NCBI GenBank assembly: GCA_039818285.1
Contig: JBCBUE010000001.1
Span: forward strand, 23,388-48,331
Source: Planctomycetota bacterium
Lineage (GTDB): Bacteria; Planctomycetota; Phycisphaerae; Phycisphaerales; Phycisphaeraceae
Reading direction: 5' to 3'
Length of the DNA: 24,944 bases
In this document: one piece after another, positions 8,869-16,528 of the stretch
Layout: each line of letters opens with the position of its first letter
How positions within the stretch are numbered: position 1 is the stretch's first letter
Notes under the pieces: model-generated
What the model was told of the DNA's origin: nothing
Database searches by the model: none
The model's input: only the letters and a program-made list of their open reading frames with translations
Translations under genes and position numbers: made by a program

Positions 8869-9513
8869 ATGGCTCAGAACGTGCTCACCCTCTCCGTCCT
8901 CTCGCTCGCAACAGCGGTGGGGAGCGGCGCAATGGGCGCCACGCTCTACAGCGCGGACTTCAATGACCCCGGCGATTACGCGGGATTCGTCGATTTTGGC
9001 AACCGCCTGACCGGAGACACAGTGGATGGCGGCGGGACGTTGACCGGCGTCACGAACGTCGGGGACCCGCAGTTGCGGGTCGGCGAAGTCGCCAGCCCGC
9101 TCAACCTGACGTTGGAGGACCTGGAGACGATCACCATCCGCATGCGCGTGAGTGAGACGAACAACGGCGTCTTCACCGACCCCGCAACCGCTGGGAACGT
9201 TGGAGCGCAGCTGCGATGGGGACTCGTGCCCTATGGGTCCCCGGGGGCGACCAACGTGCCCGGAGCGGGGGCAAACCTGCTCACTCTAGAATCGTCGGTC
9301 GCGGATGGGGGTGGCTACTACATCCTGACTTACGATGTTTCTTCGCTGTCGGACCCGGACGATCTCGACTCCCTGCGATTCGATCCTACCGACCAACTCG
9401 TCGGCGCGTTTATCGAAGTCGACTACTTCCGCGTCATCGGTGTTCCCGAACCCGCCTCTCTGGCGCTGCTCGCTGTTGGCGGGCTGTGCATCGTCGATCG
9501 GCGTTGCCGATGA
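8869..9513 (+). CDS. Small secreted protein with a PEP-CTERM sorting signal (P1)
   Basis: ATG at 8869 is preceded by AGGAGG (8856-8861). Signal peptide: MAQNVLTLSVLSLATAVGSGAMG. C-terminus: VPEPASLALLAVGGLCIVDRRCR, that is PEP (at 9445-9453), a hydrophobic helix and an Arg cluster. The part of the ORF upstream of 8869 is Arg/Pro-rich off-type sequence. Confidence 0.85.
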   Translation: MAQNVLTLSVLSLATAVGSGAMGATLYSADFNDPGDYAGFVDFGNRLTGDTVDGGGTLTGVTNVGDPQLRVGEVASPLNLTLEDLETITIRMRVSETNNGVFTDPATAGNVGAQLRWGLVPYGSPGATNVPGAGANLLTLESSVADGGGYYILTYDVSSLSDPDDLDSLRFDPTDQLVGAFIEVDYFRVIGVPEPASLALLAVGGLCIVDRRCR

Positions 9514-9584
9514 ACGATTTCTTTCTTGGCATAGTGTCGCTCAATCGCCTCACGGTGTCTTCCTCATTTCTGAAAGGTCGTGCC

Positions 9585-10400
9585 ATGCAATCCCGAGTCC
9601 AGCAAGGTTTCACGCTGATCGAACTGTTGGTCGTGATCTCCATCATCGCGCTATTGATCGCCATCCTGTTGCCCTCCTTGGGTGCGGCTCGGCGAGTCGC
9701 AAGGCAGATCCAGAGCTCAACACAGGTTCGCGGCATCCATCAAGGGCTCTTCATCTATGCGCAGTCTGCGAAGGGGCTTTATCCAGGGGTCGATACGATC
9801 TCCGACACGGGCAGCGAGGCTTTTACCGACGCGGCCGACATTGCGCGGTACTCCTCCGGCGGCGTGTTAGCCGGCTCACACGCCAACGCCAGGTGGATCA
9901 TGCTCATGGAGGGTGACTACTTCGCTCCGGATTACGCCATCAGCCCGGGTGAAACCGAAACCGAGAAATTGACGACCTTCGACCGCCAAGCCGCGACGGT
10001 GTACACGATCGATAATTACATGTCTTCTTTCGCCCTGTCCCAACTCAATCTCGCTGATAACTCCCCGGCGCCTGGCCGACTCGGTGAATGGTCGGACACC
10101 GCCAATTCCAGTTCGGTCGCGGTCTCTGACCGAATGCTGTCCGGGGTCAATTCAGTCGTTTCGACGCACGCCAGCATCTGGCAGGACGACCCGGGCAAGT
10201 GGGTCGGCTCGATCGCATACAACGACAACCACACCGAGTTCAGCGACACCTCGGAAGTTGAGGGTACGGGCTACGGCGACATCCGCAACGATTTGCCAGA
10301 CAACCTCTTTGCCGACAACACGCCCGGCGAGCAGAACTCGGTCAACCACGCCAACGCCAAGCAAATCGCGAATGGCGCGTCGACGGTAGCTCTTCCCTAG
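9585..10400 (+). CDS. Pseudopilin-like protein with a prepilin-type N-terminal cleavage/methylation domain, a DUF1559-like divergent member (D1)
   Basis: ATG at 9585. Leader MQSRVQQG|[32 protein letters not shown] is the classic G|FTLIELL prepilin motif followed by the planctomycete DUF1559-type helix. The C-terminal SIAYNDNHTEF resembles the DGH strand, but with DNH in its place. Confidence 0.85.
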   Translation: MQSRVQQGFTLIELLVVISIIALLIAILLPSLGAARRVARQIQSSTQVRGIHQGLFIYAQSAKGLYPGVDTISDTGSEAFTDAADIARYSSGGVLAGSHANARWIMLMEGDYFAPDYAISPGETETEKLTTFDRQAATVYTIDNYMSSFALSQLNLADNSPAPGRLGEWSDTANSSSVAVSDRMLSGVNSVVSTHASIWQDDPGKWVGSIAYNDNHTEFSDTSEVEGTGYGDIRNDLPDNLFADNTPGEQNSVNHANAKQIANGASTVALP

Positions 10401-10502
10401 CCGTTCACGATCGTCACGCCACATCAGGCATACGCGCAGGCAGGTCGCGGTTGATCTGCGTCTCGGATTAAAACAGTCGCTCTACCTCAGGACACGAAAT
10501 CA

Positions 10503-12002
10503 ATGCGAACACTCCCACGCTATGTACTCACGTGGCTGCTTCTCTCCCTGACGGTATCGGCCGCACAGGCCGCGGACCGCCCCAACATCGTGATGATCTT
10601 CACCGACGACCAGCGGGCCGACGCCGTTGGGTACACGGGCAATCAGGCGGTATCGACGCCTCACCTCGACCGCTTGGCCAAGCGCGGGGTCGTGTTCAAC
10701 AACTGCTTCGTGAACACGTCGATCTGCGCGGTCAGCCGGGCGAATCTCCTTGCCGGGCAGTACCCCGGCCGGCACGGGATCGATGACTTTTTCAAGACCT
10801 TCAGCGCTCGGCAGTTGCGTGACACGGTGCCCGGGCGATTGCAGCGAGCCGGGTACCAGACCGCGTTCTTCGGCAAATGGGGCATCGGCGATCGGCCCGA
10901 CGCGACGCACCAAGGCGCAGCGGTGTTCGACTATTGGGCCGGCCAACCGATGCAAACCAACTTCTTCTACGAGCCAGACTGCCGGTTTGTGAACTTCGAT
11001 GGCTTCGCCCGCCCGCTGGACGACCTGTGCGACTGCCCCGCCGACAGCAAGGGGCGGGTGGGTTTCCGCAACCGGATCGGCAAGGCGAACCTGAAGGACC
11101 CGATCCAAGCCGACTCGACCGTCGTCCCGATGAAGGTCGAGCAGTTCCTCGATGGGCGAGACCCGGACAAACCGTTCTGCATGATGCTCTTCTTCAAGGG
11201 GCCGCACTCGCCGTTTGGGGACTGGGACCCGGCGGTCGAACACGTGACCGACAACCTGAACATGCCCGTCCCGTCGAGCGCGACGGTCCCGCTTGCGCAG
11301 CGCGAGCCGAACTTTATCCGCAAGTCGCTCGGCGCCCCCAGCGGGATGCGGTACCTCAACCACCCGTCCGCGCTGGATCAACACCTCCGCGACTACTACC
11401 GCCTGATCTCGAGCCTGGACCTCGGCGTCGGCCGGGTGATGGAGGCGCTCGAGGCCCGCGGGCTGGCCGAGAACACCGTGGTCCTCTTCACCTCAGACAA
11501 CGGCCACTTCAAGGGAGAGCACGGGCTGGCGGGCAAGTGGCTGATGTACGAGCCCTCGCTGCGGGTTCCCGGGTTCATCTACGACCCGCGGGCCGAGGCC
11601 GAGACCGGCGGCACGGTCAGCACCCGCCCGGTGATCACCACCGACTTTTCGGTGACCATGCTGTCGCTGGCCGGGCTCGACATCCCCGACTCGATGACCG
11701 GCTTGGACCTGACCCGTTTGGCCGAAGACCCCAACGCCGCGGGCTGGCGGCAAGACGTGTTCTACGACCACCCCTACGGCCACGGCGGAGCGATCCCCAC
11801 CACCGTCGGTGTCCGCACCCCTCGGTACAGCTACATCCGCTACACCGACCAGACACCGGTCTACGAACAGGTGTTTGATCTCCAAGAGGACCCGAACCAG
11901 CTGAACAACCTGATCGACTCGGCCGATCCAGAACTGATCCGGTCGCTGCGGGCACGGTGCGATGAGTTGATGAAACAGGTCGGCCCGATGGCGAACCGTT
12001 GA
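10503..12002 (+). CDS. Sulfatase (S1 family) with a non-canonical active-site pentapeptide, CAVSR
   Basis: 499-aa ORF. Signal peptide: MRTLPRYVLTWLLLSLTVSAAQA. Also IVMIFTDDQRAD, ICAVSRANLLAGQYP (10725-10739), FGKWG and LFTSDNGHFKGEHG. Confidence 0.85.
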   Translation: MRTLPRYVLTWLLLSLTVSAAQAADRPNIVMIFTDDQRADAVGYTGNQAVSTPHLDRLAKRGVVFNNCFVNTSICAVSRANLLAGQYPGRHGIDDFFKTFSARQLRDTVPGRLQRAGYQTAFFGKWGIGDRPDATHQGAAVFDYWAGQPMQTNFFYEPDCRFVNFDGFARPLDDLCDCPADSKGRVGFRNRIGKANLKDPIQADSTVVPMKVEQFLDGRDPDKPFCMMLFFKGPHSPFGDWDPAVEHVTDNLNMPVPSSATVPLAQREPNFIRKSLGAPSGMRYLNHPSALDQHLRDYYRLISSLDLGVGRVMEALEARGLAENTVVLFTSDNGHFKGEHGLAGKWLMYEPSLRVPGFIYDPRAEAETGGTVSTRPVITTDFSVTMLSLAGLDIPDSMTGLDLTRLAEDPNAAGWRQDVFYDHPYGHGGAIPTTVGVRTPRYSYIRYTDQTPVYEQVFDLQEDPNQLNNLIDSADPELIRSLRARCDELMKQVGPMANR

Positions 12003-12522
12003 CGCAACCCAAGTTCATCCGCCTGTTGCCGTTCTCCTCGCGAGGCCGCCGGGACGCGACCGAGGAGCAAGCACGAACGATGGCCACCTCGCGGAGCGCT
12101 GGTTCCAGTTGTCGGGCGGTGGACTCGCGGTGATCCGCGAAGACGCTGCACGGCCTCCAGACGCCCACGCCGCGTGCCTTCCACGGCCCAAGAACGGGGC
12201 GATTGGCCGAAAGAACAAGATGCCCGAGTCGGCCCAAACCTCGCAACCTCCGCTTCAAGCTTCGCTTCCGGGAAAGTTGCGGAGCCATCATCGAGCGGAC
12301 GGGCCCCGTCGGACCGCATAGCGTACCGGCCGACATCTCTAACTCTATTACTCATCATTATTAATGAAAATCATCTAGTTTCAGCCGGCTTGGCGCGCAT
12401 CTCCAGGACACGTCTTGACGAGTCGTGAGATGCCCCGGACCACCTAAACCCGTAGAGCGGTATAGTCTAGTCCATAAGGCTTCGATCTTGTCGATCTCTT
12501 TCGGTATTCAAGCCAAAGATCA

Positions 12523-12550
12523 TTGACATCGGCCATTTTTCCCGTATATT
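12523..12550 (+). promoter_or_regulatory. Sigma70-like promoter: TTGACA - 16 nt - TATATT
   Basis: TTGACA at 12523-12528 and TATATT at 12545-12550, inside an AT-rich island (about 12330-12650) in an otherwise high-GC window. It lies about 100 nt upstream of the P2 start codon. Confidence 0.55.
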
Positions 12551-12656
12551 TTCGATAGATCGATTTTCGCGGTGTCATGTAGCGTTTCTCTAAATACAGT
12601 CTCAGACCTTTGATGGTCTAGTCAATTAACGATGACTCTCTAACTAGGAGGTTTTG

Positions 12657-13292
12657 ATGAATAGCAAGTACGGAATGCTGCTCGGTGCGGGCCTGTCGCT
12701 GCTGGTCGCGCACTCGTCGTCGGCGGCGATCGTCGCCAGCTTCGAGTTTGACAACGCCGGTCAGCCCGAAGGCTGGACCCTGAACAACGCATTACGCTCG
12801 GTCAACGGGAATGGGTTCCTGCGTGGCAACGCCAGTACCAACGACCCGCAGATGATCCTCGACGAGAGTCTTGAACTCACCCGTACCGCCGCTTCGACCG
12901 CCTGGGACGAGTTGATCGTTGTGGTGAGCGAGTACGACGCGTTTAGCAACAACCCCGGCGATGCCGGCAGCCTGATCACCGATACGGATACGACCGGAGT
13001 TGTGGCGATCTTCAACCTTCAGGGTGGGGTCCTCACTGAAAACCTAGGCACCCCGACGGCCTCTGCCGTCGACAGCAACGGGTTCGTGACCCTGACGTGG
13101 GACATCAGCGCACTCTCGACCGCGACCACGGGTCGCATCCGGATCGACCCCGTGGGCGGGCCGGACACGACCGGCAACTCGTTCTTCGTCGACTCGATCA
13201 CGCTTACCGACGACAACCCCATCCCCGAGCCCGCTTCGTTGGCCCTCGTTGGCCTGGGCTGCCTGGTGATGGCTTCGCGCCGTCGCAAGTGA
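12657..13292 (+). CDS. Small secreted protein with a PEP-CTERM sorting signal (P2)
   Basis: ATG at 12657; the ORF track starts one codon earlier, at TTG 12654. AGGAGG lies at 12646-12651. Signal peptide: MNSKYGMLLGAGLSLLVAHSSSA. C-terminus: IPEPASLALVGLGCLVMASRRRK (PEP at 13224-13232). Confidence 0.85.
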   Translation: MNSKYGMLLGAGLSLLVAHSSSAAIVASFEFDNAGQPEGWTLNNALRSVNGNGFLRGNASTNDPQMILDESLELTRTAASTAWDELIVVVSEYDAFSNNPGDAGSLITDTDTTGVVAIFNLQGGVLTENLGTPTASAVDSNGFVTLTWDISALSTATTGRIRIDPVGGPDTTGNSFFVDSITLTDDNPIPEPASLALVGLGCLVMASRRRK

Positions 13293-13321
13293 GCCAAGTT
13301 GATTTTTGTTGAAATCCAAAG

Positions 13322-13351
13322 GGTGCCCCCAGAGCGGGGCACCTTTTTTTT
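13322..13351 (+). terminator. Rho-independent terminator
   Basis: GGTGCCCC (13322-13329), loop CAGAGC, GGGGCACC (13336-13343), then eight T (13344-13351). It lies 30 nt after the P2 stop codon. A second small hairpin, CCGAG..CTCGG, follows at 13356-13371. Confidence 0.8.
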
Positions 13352-13437
13352 GTCGCCGAGCGTTCGCTCGGTCACTGCTTGAGGCGAACGCGGCCGGCAT
13401 GTTGGGGTCAATGCTTGGTGCGGAGGGCCCGCCCGCC

Positions 13438-14976
13438 ATGCAGCAGCGACCGATCGGACGCGAAGAGTCAAGCACTTCCACCCTTAGGAAGCCAATCGTG
13501 AATGCCAGCGTCTCGAGATGGTCTGCGTTTGTCATCGTTTTCCTGTCGCTGCTCACCGGGCGGACCACTTCGGTCGTGGCGGAGCGCATTGACGACCGCC
13601 CCAACATCATCTGGGTGTTCTGCGACGACATGGGGTGGGCGGACCTGGGCGCGAACGGCTCGGTGGACGACGCCAAGACGCCGAACCTCGACGACCTGGC
13701 CGAGCGGGGCGTGCGGTTCACCAGCGGCACCATCACCGCGCCCCAGTGCTCGCCCAGCCGCGCGGGCCTGTTGACCGGGCGTTACCAGCAGCGTTTCGGC
13801 TTCGGCCACATCGGGCTTGGCCCGTTGCCCTTGTCCGAGATCACCATCGCCGAGCGCCTGGCCGACGCGGGGTACGCCACCGGCATGATCGGCAAGTGGC
13901 ACCTCGAACCCAACGCGGCGACCCCCGACTTCAACCGGGAACGCACCGGAGACCCCAAGCGGGTTCCGCCGCCGGAGGAGTTCCTCCGTTACTTCCCCGA
14001 GCAACGCGGTTTCACGGACGTGTACAAAGGGGAGATCCAGCAGTACCGCCGGACGTACCGGCTCAACGGGCAGGACTTGCCCGAGGGCGCCGGCCCGATC
14101 CAGACGGTGCAGCACCCCGGCTACCGCTTGACCACGCAGACGCAAGCGGCGTTGGCGTTCATCACGCGGCATCGCGATCAGCCATTCTTCCTGTACCTGG
14201 CCTATTTCGCGCCGCACGTCCCGCTGGAAGCGACGCCCGAGCTGTTGATGCGTTTCCCCGGGCCGATGGCCGAACGCCGCCGGCACGCGCTGGCGATGAA
14301 CGCCGCGATGGACGACGGTGTCGGCGCGATCGTCAAACGCCTCGAGACGCTGGGCCTGGCGGACAACACCATGATCGTGTTCCTCTCGGACAACGGCGCT
14401 CCGATCAAGATCACGAAGGAAGACCGCACGCTCGAGTGGAAAGGCGGGGCTTGGGATGGCTCGATCAACGACCCGCTCAATGGCGAGAAGGGGACGATCC
14501 TGGAGGGCGGCATCCGCGTGCCGTTCGTCATGGCGTGGCCGGGGCAGATCCCGGGCGGGCAGGTGGTCGACGAGCCCATCAGCAGTCTCGACCTGGCCGC
14601 GACGAGCATGGCGATGGCCGGGCTGGAGCCGGCCGAGACCATGGATGGGGTCGACCTGCTGCCGAGCCTGGTCGATGGCGAGCCCATAGTCGAGCGCGAC
14701 CTGTTCTGGCGGTTCTGGGGGCAGTCGGCGGTGCGTCGGGGGGACTGGAAGCTGCTGGTGCTCGCCACGGGCGAGCGTTACCTGTTCAATCTCGCCGACG
14801 ATCCAAGCGAGCAACACAACTTGGCGTCGGAGCACCCCGATCGCGTCGACCGCCTGTACCGGTCGCTCGAATCCTGGGCCGGGCAACTCGAGCCCGCGGG
14901 GTTGCCAAGCGGCAACCTGAACGACCAGGAGCAGAAGTTCTACGAGGCGTTCCTCGGTCGGCCCATCGATCGATAA
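13438..14976 (+). CDS. Formylglycine-dependent sulfatase (S1 family)
   Basis: The start is uncertain. One option is ATG 13438 with GGAGG 11 nt upstream. The other is GTG 13498 with AGGAAG 6 nt upstream, which gives the cleaner signal peptide MNASVSRWSAFVIVFLSLLTGRTTSVVA. The ORF-track start at 13306 overlaps the terminator and is unlikely. Motifs: IIWVFCDDMGWAD, CSPSRAGLLTGRYQ (Cys codon at 13747), GKWHL, FLSDNGAP. Confidence 0.9.
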   Translation: MQQRPIGREESSTSTLRKPIVNASVSRWSAFVIVFLSLLTGRTTSVVAERIDDRPNIIWVFCDDMGWADLGANGSVDDAKTPNLDDLAERGVRFTSGTITAPQCSPSRAGLLTGRYQQRFGFGHIGLGPLPLSEITIAERLADAGYATGMIGKWHLEPNAATPDFNRERTGDPKRVPPPEEFLRYFPEQRGFTDVYKGEIQQYRRTYRLNGQDLPEGAGPIQTVQHPGYRLTTQTQAALAFITRHRDQPFFLYLAYFAPHVPLEATPELLMRFPGPMAERRRHALAMNAAMDDGVGAIVKRLETLGLADNTMIVFLSDNGAPIKITKEDRTLEWKGGAWDGSINDPLNGEKGTILEGGIRVPFVMAWPGQIPGGQVVDEPISSLDLAATSMAMAGLEPAETMDGVDLLPSLVDGEPIVERDLFWRFWGQSAVRRGDWKLLVLATGERYLFNLADDPSEQHNLASEHPDRVDRLYRSLESWAGQLEPAGLPSGNLNDQEQKFYEAFLGRPIDR

Positions 14977-15531
14977 TGGCTGAGACTGGGGCAGCCAGCG
15001 AGCCGACCCGCGCCGACGCGCTTGACGTGGTCGCTGCCAAGCGTCGCGCCGACGCCGCGATGAAGTGATTGCGGGTCGTCACGACCGCCGCACAGATCGG
15101 TGTCCGCTCGCCAAGCCCCCCAGCTATTGACTCGCAACACAGGCGACCTGCTCGACGCCCCAGATGTACCGCACCCTGTCGACGCGGCGAATCGTCAGGT
15201 CGTTGATGAGCATGTACGGCTCGGTGACGTCATGCGTGCCAGACGTGTCGGTCCGATTTGCGTCACGACCTCGGGTCGACGCCGCGGATCCGGCTCGATC
15301 AGCTCAATGAGTTCGCTTGGGGCGTCGCCAACGCCCTGCCGCGATCAATGCATCCCTCGCTCGCCAGCCTTCACTAGCAACAATCGATCAAATCGATCTA
15401 AATTATTATTTTTCATGTTTTTATGATTCTTTCGCCAAAGCCCGCGAGAGATCACGGCGTCAGTCGATTCTCGGATGTGCACGGTGAAGCCCGCCTCGAA
15501 CCAATAGCTTGCCGAGTTATGTGAACCTGTA

Positions 15532-15560
15532 TTGACACTATTATGAGTTTAATTCATAAT
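15532..15560 (+). promoter_or_regulatory. Sigma70-like promoter: TTGACA - 17 nt - CATAAT, embedded in an inverted repeat
   Basis: TTGACA at 15532-15537 and CATAAT at 15555-15560, in an AT-rich island (about 15370-15640) some 75 nt upstream of the P3 start. The inverted repeat CTATTATGA (15538-15546) / TCATAATAG (15554-15562) spans the spacer and the -10 box. Confidence 0.5.
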
Positions 15561-15636
15561 AGGTTCATTGCGGGTCGGCAGTCGTCGGCTCACCCTTTTC
15601 GAAGGCTCCGATTCACGTTCCTCAGGAGGTCTCAAA

Positions 15637-16452
15637 ATGAATACTCAAATGACGATTGGTTCGGCCACGCTCTTGCTTCTCGGCTCCACGGCTTCGGCCG
15701 GGCCCATCACCACGCCGTTCGTCGAGACGTTCGATGACGCGGTCACCCCCGTGACGCTCGGCTTCAACGACTTCGGCGGGGCCGTGAACCCCGCCGATGT
15801 GGGGGCCAACGGCACCAACCCCGGCGTCAACATCGCGAACGGCCAGCTCGTCATCTTCGACAACACCGACTTCGGCGACGTCGCGACCGCGCTCGTCCAG
15901 CCGAGCTTCCCCGCCGCCACGCCGTTCACGGTCTCGGCCGATTTCTCGGTCGCCGCGACATCGGGCGATAACTTCGACTTCACGAACAGCCGCATCGGCG
16001 TCCTCGCCAACGGCATCGACCCGAACAATTTCAACCAGACCTTCTCCGGCCTGTTTGCCTACGTCGAGAACATCAACGTCAGCGGAGACGAGTACGTCTT
16101 CCGCCTCGCCAACGACGACACCATCCTGGCCACCAGCCCGGTCTTCGACCTGACCGACGGCACCCCCGACTTCAGCATCCAGCTCGATGGTGTCTTCTTG
16201 CCCAGCACCGACCTCGAGCTCACGGCCACGTTCACCGACGCGGGCGGCGAAAACATCGTGGCCCCACTCGTGCAAACCGTGGTCGGCGTCGACATCCCGG
16301 GCGGCGCCAATGCGGGGGTCCGCGCTTCGATCGGCTTCAACAACTTCGAGGTCGGCGTGGACAACCTCAGCGTCGCCGTGATCCCCGAGCCGGCCTCGCT
16401 CGCGCTCGTCGGCGCCGCCCTGGCCTGCGTGGTCGCTCGTCGACGCTGGTGA
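15637..16452 (+). CDS. Small secreted protein with a PEP-CTERM sorting signal (P3)
   Basis: ATG at 15637 is preceded by AGGAGG (15624-15629). Signal peptide: MNTQMTIGSATLLLLGSTASA. C-terminus: IPEPASLALVGAALACVVARRRW (PEP at 16384-16392). Confidence 0.85.
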   Translation: MNTQMTIGSATLLLLGSTASAGPITTPFVETFDDAVTPVTLGFNDFGGAVNPADVGANGTNPGVNIANGQLVIFDNTDFGDVATALVQPSFPAATPFTVSADFSVAATSGDNFDFTNSRIGVLANGIDPNNFNQTFSGLFAYVENINVSGDEYVFRLANDDTILATSPVFDLTDGTPDFSIQLDGVFLPSTDLELTATFTDAGGENIVAPLVQTVVGVDIPGGANAGVRASIGFNNFEVGVDNLSVAVIPEPASLALVGAALACVVARRRW

Positions 16453-16528
16453 AGCTGTGACTTGCCGCGTGGGTCGGTTGACGCCGGCCGCACGCCTTTC
16501 TGCCGCGATCTCGACGACAATCGATGTC

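Noticed and set aside
12465-12623. The 8-mer GTCTAGTC occurs twice (12465-12472 and 12616-12623), flanking the P2 promoter.
   Set aside because: A single 8-mer repeated within about 230 nt of AT-rich DNA is close to chance expectation. There is no symmetry and no counterpart in the other cassettes.
15100-15426. Plus-strand 108-aa ORF in the gap before cassette C.
   Set aside because: It has a non-ATG start and no RBS. Its composition is Arg/Ser-rich, and it runs from GC-rich DNA into the AT-rich promoter island (ending ...LLFFMFL). It has no recognisable motif and is more likely non-coding or a relic.
16467-16500. Imperfect hairpin GCGTGGGTCGG-ttgacg-CCGGCCGCACGC followed by CTTTC, between P3 and the GntR-type regulator; considered as a possible attenuator.
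   Set aside because: The stem needs a bulge and a mismatch, and there is essentially no U-tract. The call is too weak without RNA 3'-end data.
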